This document shows positions 38,410 to 46,159 of a stretch of DNA of 46,159 bases, one piece after another. Location of the stretch: positions 1 to 46,159 of the forward strand of contig CAYQCW010000013.1 of assembly GCA_964416155.1 (NCBI GenBank), in the 5' to 3' direction. The notes under the pieces are model-generated. The model was not told the origin of the DNA, did no database searches, and saw nothing but the letters and a program-made list of their open reading frames with translations. Made by a program: the position numbers and the translations under genes. Positions within the stretch are counted from its first letter, which is position 1, and each line of letters opens with the position of its first letter. Source of the stretch: an uncultured Nitrososphaerota archaeon (GTDB taxonomy: Archaea; Thermoproteota; EX4484-205; JAAOZP01).

Positions 38410-38783
38410 ATGGCATCGAATCGGTCGAAGGATGGGTTGAGGAGTATGGAATCTATCCATCTCAGCTAGAATCCCTCCTCAAGGATTTACAGGACAAAAA
38501 GAACTGGAGGAAGTATAATAAGTACAGGGGGCTGATAGCTAGGCTAAGGTTTGAGGAGAAAATAGCTAAACTCGTGACCAGAAAGACCGGAGTTAAGGTT
38601 GTCCTTTTCATCCCTCCCGATATTTACTTCAAGTACTGTCAATTCTGCTCTGTCTTCCATGCGAATAATATGACGGCCGATCAGAAAATGGAGGAGATAA
38701 AGAAGAGAGTAGATGCCATCGTCCTGGCGTACGAGTCTTGGGACAGAGGCAAGGGGAAGTTCTACAAACAGACGATACGCTAA
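38410..38783 (+). pseudogene. Hypothetical protein gene, probably frameshifted near 38462 or using a non-canonical start
   Basis: The frame of ORF 38574-38783 stays open back to 38361 with no ATG/GTG/TTG; the ATG 38410/38446 frame stops at TAG 38467-38469. Confidence 0.45.
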
Positions 38784-38836
38784 ATGAGGAGCGCGATTCA
38801 TGCAATATTCAGCACCTACGATTGTGTCACCGGGCT

Positions 38837-40537
38837 TTAATCGAGGAAGCCTGCATAAGTCTTCTTATATATTTCTCCGGATGTGAGCTTCTTAACATCC
38901 CTCTTGTATTTAGCCTTATCGCCAACAGTCCCTGGCCTGAGTTTATCCCACTCTTCTAAACTTTTTGAAAGCTTTCTCTGCACGTTGTCCCTATAGAGTT
39001 CAGGAAGGACGTTGAACGCACAGAACGGGACAACGTTGGGCTCAGGAGTTACGTAGTGGACGCCGCAACGCATAACTCTTTCAATGTCATAATTATATAA
39101 GTCTTGAAAATGCATCATACCCAAATAATTAAATTTATAATGGAATATGCTTAGTGCGCCATAGCTTCTTCTAAGGATTATGTTGGACAGTATTTTTCCT
39201 AGGTTGAGGTCTTTGGGCTGTTTCTCCTTATCTATGAAGCCGCCAAGTCTACGGACTAGTTCAAGCATCACGATGTACCTGCTCCTGCCCCTTTCCATCT
39301 CAACAGTCTTCTCCCCCAAGTATTCCGAGAGGCCCTCTACGTCGACGAAGCTCGTTATTGGCACGAAACGGATGTCATCCTTAGACCTGTCGAGATAAAC
39401 GTAGGTAGCCATTCCGCAGACCGGGTGAATAGGCATGTGCCACCCCTCCTTACCCTTAGTCAGCCTCTCCAGGAACGTTGTCAGCAAGAGTGTGAACGGG
39501 ACAGGGTACCAAGCGTCCCTACCTATCTCGCCATTGGTCTGCTCCTCCAGGAGCCTTATCGCATCCGGGATGGTTATCCTATGCTTATCCCTCTCGCTCC
39601 TAGGCATCTGGCCGACGAGCGAGACTGGTTGAAAGTTAACACCCCTAACAATATCGCTATTGACTGCTGCAAACCTGACTATCTTCCCGAGCTCGCGAGT
39701 GTTCCAGCCTTTTATTACCGTGGGGACTAGGACAACGCTAGTCATACCGGCCTTACGGAAGTTTTCAAAAATATAGGGGACCTCCCAATGGTTCTTAACG
39801 TTTATTCTTGGATCTAGGCCGTCGAAGCTCAGGTAGACGGTGTTCACCCCTGCCTCCCTAAGCCTCCTAGCGAGCTCCACGCCTCCTTCAAGCGCGAAGA
39901 AAACACCGTGAGTATTGAGCTGAATATGGGTGAAGCCCTCCTCCCTCGTTATCCTGATTATGTCCACAAGGTCGTCCCTCATCAAAGGCTCGCCGCCCGT
40001 GAGCTGAATAGCCTTAGCACCGTAAGGATACTGCTTCCTCAAATGCCTCATCATCATCCTGTACTGCTCCAGCGTCGGCTCATACACGTAGCCAGACCTC
40101 TCGGCGAAGAAGAAGCAGTACCAGCATGAGAAGTTACACCTGTTCGTCACGACAACGTTGGCGAGAGCCGTCTGAGTAGTGTGGACTGAGCATATGCCGC
40201 ATGAGAAGGGGCAGGGGTTTTCAAGCTGTTTGTAAGCATACTTAACCTTTGCCCGAGGAGCCTCATACCTCATCGCCCTCCTGTACATCGCGGCATCGCC
40301 CCAGTAAAGGTCCTCGACCTCACCGTGCTCCGGGCACTTCTTCCTAATCCAGATTTTACCATCCTTCTCGTAGACAAGCGCGGGGAGAAGCCTGTAGCAC
40401 TCTGGGCAGACTGAAAGCGTGTCCCTAACGTGCTCCTCACCCTCCTTTAGAACAGGCTTCGAACCGCCTACGAGTATCGTGCGGCCAGCCACCTGTATCA
40501 TCCTCTCTTTAAGCTCGGCAGCATCCTGCTGAACCAT
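38837..40537 (-). CDS. tes: Radical SAM tetraether lipid synthase (Tes / GDGT-MAS, MJ0619 family)
   Basis: N-terminal CPEC...CPEHG, CPFSCGICSVH, NRCNFSCWYCF, QLTGGEP, HPVCG, MMHFQD.YN...RCGVHY...PFC. Confidence 0.9.
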   Translation of the reverse strand: MVQQDAAELKERMIQVAGRTILVGGSKPVLKEGEEHVRDTLSVCPECYRLLPALVYEKDGKIWIRKKCPEHGEVEDLYWGDAAMYRRAMRYEAPRAKVKYAYKQLENPCPFSCGICSVHTTQTALANVVVTNRCNFSCWYCFFFAERSGYVYEPTLEQYRMMMRHLRKQYPYGAKAIQLTGGEPLMRDDLVDIIRITREEGFTHIQLNTHGVFFALEGGVELARRLREAGVNTVYLSFDGLDPRINVKNHWEVPYIFENFRKAGMTSVVLVPTVIKGWNTRELGKIVRFAAVNSDIVRGVNFQPVSLVGQMPRSERDKHRITIPDAIRLLEEQTNGEIGRDAWYPVPFTLLLTTFLERLTKGKEGWHMPIHPVCGMATYVYLDRSKDDIRFVPITSFVDVEGLSEYLGEKTVEMERGRSRYIVMLELVRRLGGFIDKEKQPKDLNLGKILSNIILRRSYGALSIFHYKFNYLGMMHFQDLYNYDIERVMRCGVHYVTPEPNVVPFCAFNVLPELYRDNVQRKLSKSLEEWDKLRPGTVGDKAKYKRDVKKLTSGEIYKKTYAGFLD

Positions 40538-40730
40538 CAGGCTTCACCAGAAGGCTGAGGAAGAATATTATAAAAGTTTCCCGTTTCAAGCCTAAGGTTA
40601 AACATCGACTCGCGCCGAGCTAAGTTAAAAACGTTTTAAGAAGGGTTTAAACCGTGTTAACCCAGCGGGCTCAGACTGCAAGGATCGTCATGTTTCAACC
40701 CAGGCCGGAACAAGTCGGCGAAACCCGTGT

Positions 40731-41315
40731 TTAAACGCCATTTTCATCAGGAGAATTCGACTCACTACCGTTGAATAAACCCTCACGGGGCGGTAACAGT
40801 TTATCGAGAATTGTTTTCGGGAGTAGATTCCTGTTCTCAAGAGTAACGATGAAGGTTGAAACCCCGCTGGTTGAAAGAATGCTCCTGCAGAAAGAGTTTT
40901 GCGAAGCCCCCTGGTGAATGGTTGCGACAACACTCTTCGGCGAGGAGAAAGCGTTTGAAACCGCTTTCCTGAAGGACTCTGAGTACAGCTCCATTGGGCC
41001 TATCTCATCTATGATAACCACCTCATCCTTTTCAACAGCATTCATAATAGCCTTGACGCCGACCCTCTCGATCTCCATCAGGCTGACAACGTATTTCCCA
41101 ACCCTGGGGCCAGAGCTATAGTTGACACTGGCCATAAGGCTCTTCAAGCCGGTTTTCAAATCCTCAACAAGGAAGCCTGTTCTAACACCCTTCTCCCGAG
41201 TCTCGTAGGTTATCATGCCGCCCACGCTCAAACCCTTCTCCTTAAGCATCTGGGCAAGCTTTGAGACAAGCGTCGTCTTACCGATCCCGGGTCTCCCCGT
41301 CACGAGTATCTTCAT
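40731..41315 (-). CDS. Nucleoside triphosphatase (THEP1 / NTPase_1)
   Basis: TGRPGIGKTT, GPRVGKY, IIDEIGPMEL. Confidence 0.92.
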   Translation of the reverse strand: MKILVTGRPGIGKTTLVSKLAQMLKEKGLSVGGMITYETREKGVRTGFLVEDLKTGLKSLMASVNYSSGPRVGKYVVSLMEIERVGVKAIMNAVEKDEVVIIDEIGPMELYSESFRKAVSNAFSSPKSVVATIHQGASQNSFCRSILSTSGVSTFIVTLENRNLLPKTILDKLLPPREGLFNGSESNSPDENGV

Positions 41316-41911
41316 AGCTCTATAAGCATCCCTCTGGGCCCAGGGTTTACGACAAGGGTTCCGCCAACCCTTTCAGACAATCCCGCCCTCTCGTGAACAT
41401 GGCCGCATAAGCATGCTAGCGGAGCCTCCTCCTCAATAAACCTTCTCAGCTCAACTGAGCCGATGTGCTCACCCATGGAAGTAAGGTCTAAAGAAGTGTT
41501 GAAGGGAGGAGTGTGCGAAAGCAGAATAAGCCTGTCAAGCCCCTTGAAGCCTGAGAGAACACGTTTAAACTCGTCCTCGCCTGCTTCGAAAGGAGTGTTG
41601 AAGGGTGTTGGAAGACTCCCGCCCACGCCTGCGAAGGTGAAGCCTTTGAAAAACTTTTTCACACCGTGCAGGGACACGATGCCCCTGGCGGAAGCCTTCT
41701 CCTCCAGCTCGCTAGGAGTCTCGTTGTTACCAGGTATTACGAGAACATTATCGTTTAAAGCCCTAAGCTTCTCCAAGGCAGCGTCCAAGCCTTTGCCGTA
41801 AACCGTTAGGTCGCCTAGGAAGACAGCTAGGTCAGCACCCCTAGAGGTTTTCAAGGCTTCCTCAAGCAGGCTGAGCCGCAGGTGCACATCCGAGCATGCG
41901 AAGACCCTCAA
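41312..41911 (-). CDS. Calcineurin-like metallophosphoesterase
   Basis: SDVH, GDL, PGNNE, SHTPP, GHVHE, NPG. Confidence 0.92.
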   Translation of the reverse strand: MRVFACSDVHLRLSLLEEALKTSRGADLAVFLGDLTVYGKGLDAALEKLRALNDNVLVIPGNNETPSELEEKASARGIVSLHGVKKFFKGFTFAGVGGSLPTPFNTPFEAGEDEFKRVLSGFKGLDRLILLSHTPPFNTSLDLTSMGEHIGSVELRRFIEEEAPLACLCGHVHERAGLSERVGGTLVVNPGPRGMLIEL

Positions 41912-41966
41912 CTCGAGACCAACAGGGTCTGGAAGTTTTTATGTTTTTTCAAGAAGCATGGCTGGG

Positions 41967-42734
41967 TCACTTTGCGAAACGGCTGGCCACGAGGAGCGAG
42001 AGCGCTAGCAGAACATCACCGTAGAAGAGCCGTGTGACTAGGCCTAGGAGCAGTAGGACCTGCAGGGGCATGAGGAAGCTTGTGAAAACATGCTCGTCAG
42101 ACTTGAAACCCTGCTCAGCCTTCTCATCTATCTTTCTTGAGAAAACTATTCTTCTAACACCGCTCCTGCTCCTCCTTTCAGCAAGGAGGAACCTGCTGTT
42201 CTCAGCAAGGTATTGCGAAAACCTTACCTTTCTGAGGAGGAGAAGCGCAACAGCCCTTCTAAGCATGTTTTCTTTCTCCAAGCCTTTGAAAAGCTCAACC
42301 CCCTTAAGCTTAACAGAGATGTTCCAGAGAAGGTTAACCGGGAGGTATAGGATGGTGAGCATAAGCGCGTTGTTCATCGTTGAAAACGCTACTGGAAGCC
42401 TTCCCGTGCTCAGGTCTACCAGGAAACCCGTCGGCGTGGAGGGGTACATCAGGCTCAGGCACATAAGCCCCTTTGCGTCAGCACCCCCGTAGACACCCCC
42501 GTAGTAGAGGAGGATGAAGAGGCCTGACTGGAGGCCTGCGAAGAGAAGCCACCAGGCTGGCTCGACAGACCCGTTTAAAACACCCGGAAGGTTTAGGATT
42601 ATTGCTGAAGCGAGGAAGACTATCCAGATGCGGTCGTCTATCTCCCTGCTCTTAACATCCTGTATTGAGCCTATTGAGAAAAGCATTATGGAAACTATGC
42701 TGCGAGCATTCTCAAGCCAGGGCCAGTAGGACAA
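41967..42734 (-). CDS. Prepilin peptidase (A24, PibD/FlaK-like)
   Basis: QDVKSREIDD, YGGADAK, C-terminal LMPLQVLLLLG; directly downstream of the pilus ATPase. Confidence 0.85.
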   Translation of the reverse strand: MSYWPWLENARSIVSIMLFSIGSIQDVKSREIDDRIWIVFLASAIILNLPGVLNGSVEPAWWLLFAGLQSGLFILLYYGGVYGGADAKGLMCLSLMYPSTPTGFLVDLSTGRLPVAFSTMNNALMLTILYLPVNLLWNISVKLKGVELFKGLEKENMLRRAVALLLLRKVRFSQYLAENSRFLLAERRSRSGVRRIVFSRKIDEKAEQGFKSDEHVFTSFLMPLQVLLLLGLVTRLFYGDVLLALSLLVASRFAK

Positions 42735-42735
42735 T

Positions 42736-45700
42736 TCACCTTAGTCTTGAAAGCACCTCAGCCCTCTTAACGTGGAACTCCGTCACAATCCTAGCAACAT
42801 CCCTGAAGTGGGTCACATTATTATCCATCATCCATCTTATGACGCTCTCCCTGACCTGCAGCTCCCTTATGTACCAGTCTGGAGGCATGCCTATCTTCCT
42901 GCACACGTTGGGGAGGTGCACAGACCTGCTGAAGTCAACCTCGTGAACATCCTCCATCGGGTCCCAGTGTGCAACCGTAATCCTGTTCCCCTCAGGGTCA
43001 AGCTCCCAGACATGCCTGACCCTTCTTCCGAAGGGCACTCCAGCCTTCTTGGGGAGGACAACCCTTTCAACAAGGCATGCCACGTTCATGAGCGGAATAT
43101 AGGACTCGGCGATGTTCATAGGCGGGCTCGTCATCCTCTTAACAGCGTAGTCAATGTTCTCAGCATGAACAGTGCTTAGGCCACCGTGGCCAGTGTTGTG
43201 TAGGAGAACGGGGACCCCGCCTCCTAGGAAGGATTCCGTCCCCGGGACAGAAAGATCATAGACATAACCTTTATAGTTTCTCCGTCGTATGCTCTTTACC
43301 TTCACGATGGCGAGCTGACCCTCAATCAGCTTCTCCAGCATCCTTAAGTACTTGAGTGCTTCAGGAGTCAGGCGACCCTTCGCCCTAACCCACTCCAGTA
43401 TCTCCAGTGCCTTTCTCCTCGTTACGAATTCCCTCTTCCTGACGTATGTTAGCCTGAGCGGCATCGATGTTGGCTTCGCGATTCCAATCAGCTTCAAGAG
43501 GGGTTTCACGGGAATTCTCTCAGCCGGGTTTGGCTTCCTATACCTATGATCAAGGTAGACGATCACGTTCCAATATGTCCTGCCAGAGTTTCTACCCGTA
43601 CCGCGTTCGCATCGTAGGCTCGAGTAGAAGCCGGCCAGCCTGGCGAGCCACGTAAGCTGGTATGCTAGCCACTCGTTTGCCGTCAAGTACTGGGCTCCCC
43701 GTTTCCTAACGGTTCTCCGGGCGTCTGCACGCAACCCTTCGAAGAACGCTCGCACAACACTGCTTGGAGAAGACCAGAGCTGCGAAGGGATTCGTTTCTC
43801 CCTTAAGCGTGCCCCCAGCAGCTTTTCAAACAGCTCCGCGAGAAGCGTGTGGTTAAACTCGTAGATAAGGTATGTTCCACGGTCGTCTACCGAGGGTTTG
43901 ACGCCGAACCTCTCAGCCAGGATCTCCACAACCCTATTAGCTATACCTGCTTCACCCTTGCCGAACGTGAAGCATAGTCTCTTACCCCTGCCCCGCTTAA
44001 CACATCCTTCAGCCACGTAGGCGCCGAACACGAATGCTAGATTCTCGTCGAGACGGGCCAGAGCGGGCAGTGCATGCCCGTGTGGACGATGCAGGACGGC
44101 TCCCTCCAGCTCCTCTTCTTCAGCATCCAGCTTGGCGAGAACGCTTAGCAGCACAGGGTTCTTTCCTCCAGTAAGCTGCTTCAGACCTGCCGGCAGGTTG
44201 TCGGCGTAAACGTCTTCAAGCCCGCTGAGCATCTCAACTCCGTTGATGACGTGATAATCGTCGCCACCTCCCCCCGTGAACGCAACCAAGTAATCCCCAG
44301 GCTTAAGCCGTTCAACAGGCTCCTCCCTAACATCGAGAGTCTCAGGATCAAGGGTGAAGACGCTGTGGCTGCCGGTGGCCAGCAGTCTCCCGCCGCTTTC
44401 ATACTTAACCTCGTAAACCTCCCCGGTACTGTGCCTCAGCACGTATCGCACTGGTTTCCAGACCGGTTTAAAACCAGCGTGAGAAAGCACCCAGTATCCT
44501 TCAACATGCTTGGGGATGCGCTCCTCCCCTTCCCCGTAAAACCCGTCTACGAAATCACCCACTCTGACCAGCGACACACGTCCCTCCCTATTCTTCACCA
44601 GGACTGGAGTGTCGCGTGAAACGCTGGCCATAGCCTGGAACAAGACGAACGCCTCAGCACCCCTGATCTCTCCGACGATCAGGTAGTCAGGCCTATACCT
44701 GAGGGAGGTCTTGACGAGGTCGAACATCGTTATCTCACCTATCTTCGAAGTCCCCAGGCCGTAGCTCTCCCTGGTTACGAACTGGACCCAGTTGTCGTGC
44801 GGAATGTTCAGCTCAGCGGTCTCCTCAACCGTGACGATCTTTAAACCAGGCTTGAAAAGGTTTGTTAAAGCGTTCAGGAAAGAGGTTTTACCAGCGCCCG
44901 TTCCGCCTATAGTGATGACGGTTAGCCTATTGTCAAGAATGAACCAGAAGTACGCAGCCAGCGATGGGCTCATTGTCCCAAGCTTTATCAGGTCGACGAT
45001 GCTGAAAGGCTCCTCCCTGAATTTTCGTATGGTGAATGTTGAGCCGAATGTTGAAACCTCGTCCCCGTAGGTTGCTGCAAGCCTATGCCTGCCCGGGAGC
45101 ATAGCGTCGACAATCGGGAAGGCTGCGCTAATATGTTTCCCGGCGAAGTGGGCGAGCTTAATAATGAAGTCGTTGAAATAACCCTTGTCCGCAACCCTCA
45201 GGTTCGAGGGGAGGCTCTCATACCTCCTATGCCAAACGTAAACAGGCTTGTCGATGCCGTCGCAGGAAATATCCTCAACATTCTTATCCTCGACGATCGG
45301 GTTTATCGGCCCGTAGCCTATAAGGTCCCTCCTAATATAGTATTCAACCTTCCTCATAGACTCCTCGTTCAGAGAGCCCAGTATGCTCCTATACTTCTTC
45401 ATAAGCCTGCGGGCCTCCTCCATAACGTAGCTCCTCGCCTCCACAGACATGTCCTCAGGAGGCTTGAGCTCCCTGCTCAGAATATCTTTAAGCCTGTTGA
45501 AAGCATTCCTCTCAGTCTTATCCAGTGAAACCTCGTCGACGAAGTATCCTTTTTCACCACCCCTACCTGGAATTGGGACTATAAGTATTCTGACGAAGGG
45601 CTCTTCAATCCAGTACTCGTCCACAGGCTTAGCGTTAACGGGAATAGGGTCGAAAACATACTCGACAACCTCCTCCTCATCCTCCTTCTTCTTTTTCTTC

Positions 45701-45819
45701 TCCTTCTTCACGGGCTTAGGCTTCTCCTCCTTCTTCTCAACCACCGTGGGTTTAGCCTCAACCCTGGCCTCAGCCACAGCAGGATTATCCTTCTTCTCCC
45801 CAGGCTTCTCAGAACCCAT
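42736..45819 (-). CDS. Type II/IV secretion (VirB11/TadA/FlaI-like) pilus ATPase precursor containing an intein; start probably ATG 45819
   Basis: EDISCDG, TIRKF, GGTGAGKT (Walker A), RYRPDYLIVGEIRG (Walker B), QAMA|...|TGHGGLSTVHA; TTTATAAA about 30 nt upstream of 45819. Confidence 0.92.
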   Translation of the reverse strand: MGSEKPGEKKDNPAVAEARVEAKPTVVEKKEEKPKPVKKEKKKKKEDEEEVVEYVFDPIPVNAKPVDEYWIEEPFVRILIVPIPGRGGEKGYFVDEVSLDKTERNAFNRLKDILSRELKPPEDMSVEARSYVMEEARRLMKKYRSILGSLNEESMRKVEYYIRRDLIGYGPINPIVEDKNVEDISCDGIDKPVYVWHRRYESLPSNLRVADKGYFNDFIIKLAHFAGKHISAAFPIVDAMLPGRHRLAATYGDEVSTFGSTFTIRKFREEPFSIVDLIKLGTMSPSLAAYFWFILDNRLTVITIGGTGAGKTSFLNALTNLFKPGLKIVTVEETAELNIPHDNWVQFVTRESYGLGTSKIGEITMFDLVKTSLRYRPDYLIVGEIRGAEAFVLFQAMASVSRDTPVLVKNREGRVSLVRVGDFVDGFYGEGEERIPKHVEGYWVLSHAGFKPVWKPVRYVLRHSTGEVYEVKYESGGRLLATGSHSVFTLDPETLDVREEPVERLKPGDYLVAFTGGGGDDYHVINGVEMLSGLEDVYADNLPAGLKQLTGGKNPVLLSVLAKLDAEEEELEGAVLHRPHGHALPALARLDENLAFVFGAYVAEGCVKRGRGKRLCFTFGKGEAGIANRVVEILAERFGVKPSVDDRGTYLIYEFNHTLLAELFEKLLGARLREKRIPSQLWSSPSSVVRAFFEGLRADARRTVRKRGAQYLTANEWLAYQLTWLARLAGFYSSLRCERGTGRNSGRTYWNVIVYLDHRYRKPNPAERIPVKPLLKLIGIAKPTSMPLRLTYVRKREFVTRRKALEILEWVRAKGRLTPEALKYLRMLEKLIEGQLAIVKVKSIRRRNYKGYVYDLSVPGTESFLGGGVPVLLHNTGHGGLSTVHAENIDYAVKRMTSPPMNIAESYIPLMNVACLVERVVLPKKAGVPFGRRVRHVWELDPEGNRITVAHWDPMEDVHEVDFSRSVHLPNVCRKIGMPPDWYIRELQVRESVIRWMMDNNVTHFRDVARIVTEFHVKRAEVLSRLR
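43195..44625 (-). mobile_element. Intein (477 aa) with LAGLIDADG-type homing endonuclease domain
   Basis: Starts SVSRDTPVLV, block B ATGSHSVF, block C FGAYVAEGC, block E FFEGLRAD, block F VYDLSV, ends LLHN followed by Thr; excision restores LFQAMATGHGG. Confidence 0.93.
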
Positions 45820-45961
45820 TTGGCTAGAGTATGAACAGGGGAGAGTTTTATAAAGTTTGTTAAACACTCTAGCTTTCAAACCTCCTGCTGAGAAACCCGG
45901 GGGCGACACCCGCATGCTTCCACCTTTAACATCCAATATTAGGCCACCGGCTTAAAACATG

Positions 45962-45970
45962 AGAAAAAAA
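45962..45970 (-). terminator. Oligo-T terminator after the pilin-like gene
   Basis: T7 tract on the minus strand about 25 nt after TAA 45994. Confidence 0.5.
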
Positions 45971-45993
45971 GGGTGGGGGGAGTGAGGGCTATC

Positions 45994-46159
45994 TTAAGGG
46001 AGGACCACGCTTGTAAAGTATTCTTTCCCGCCTGTTGAGTGAAGCTTTATCTCAATCGTGACGCCGCTAACAAGCTTCTGGCCACCGTAGGTAGCATTTA
46101 CGGGTATATGGATAGCTAGTTTCACCTCTTTACCGATGTTCGCAGGCGCAGGAAGAGAA
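45994..46159 (-). CDS. Partial CDS (C-terminal 54 aa), probable archaeal type IV pilin
   Basis: ...SLPAPANIGKEVKLAIHIPVNATYGGQKLVSGVTIEIKLHSTGGKEYFTSVVLP*; beta-rich, N-A-T sequon, upstream of pilus ATPase and prepilin peptidase; N-terminus lies outside the window. Confidence 0.6.
   Translation of the reverse strand, partial: SLPAPANIGKEVKLAIHIPVNATYGGQKLVSGVTIEIKLHSTGGKEYFTSVVLP

Noticed and set aside
40661-40670. CCCAGCGGGC matching the tRNA-Arg 3' end as a possible att site
   Set aside because: Only 10 nt, no integrase in the window, and the enclosed region contains housekeeping genes
45660-45800. Purine-rich repetitive tract (KKEKKKKKEDEEE)
   Set aside because: Low-complexity charged linker in the ATPase N-terminus, not a DNA repeat element
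45820-45936. 39-codon N-terminal extension of the ATPase in the ORF track
   Set aside because: It spans a TATA box located about 30 nt before ATG 45819, so it is probably promoter sequence
1-46159. Numerous antisense or overlapping 60-190 aa ORFs; CRISPR arrays, rRNA, IS elements
   Set aside because: The shadow ORFs lie opposite well-supported genes and lack motifs. No regularly spaced repeats, rRNA signatures or transposase motifs were seen

Overview
Archaeal chromosomal window. Evidence for Archaea: PurP pair, Tes-type tetraether synthase, pyruvoyl arginine decarboxylase, TATA/BRE promoters and a tRNA with a bulge-helix intron. Gene content suggests an uncultured anaerobic Thermoproteota lineage such as Bathyarchaeia or Brockarchaeota, but this is inference. 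The left part (1-26 kb) is a patchwork of accessory-type genes: rubrerythrin, ZIP transporter, a HEPN-MNT pair with a frameshifted HEPN, a Thermus-like MetRS, tRNA-Arg(TCG) with a non-canonical 29/30 intron, a GNAT/M50-like fusion, two convergent P-type IIA ATPases, a K+-independent H+-PPase, two PurP genes, a fucose-isomerase-like gene, TldD/PmbA and a 904-aa GH66-like multidomain protein. The right part holds a divergent HdrA-MvhD + polyferredoxin / MoaD-AOR-FeS redox locus, HtrA, a DHH nuclease, polyamine genes, a peroxiredoxin, tes and a type IV pilus cluster whose ATPase carries a 477-aa intein. Elements missed by the ORF track: an 18-aa Lys-rich micro-ORF with its own promoter and terminator (34399-34455), a ~90-nt three-helix structured RNA candidate (35284-35374), and several gene remnants. 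No CRISPR array, rRNA, transposase or integrase was seen. All protein calls come from motif recognition by eye; no searches were run.
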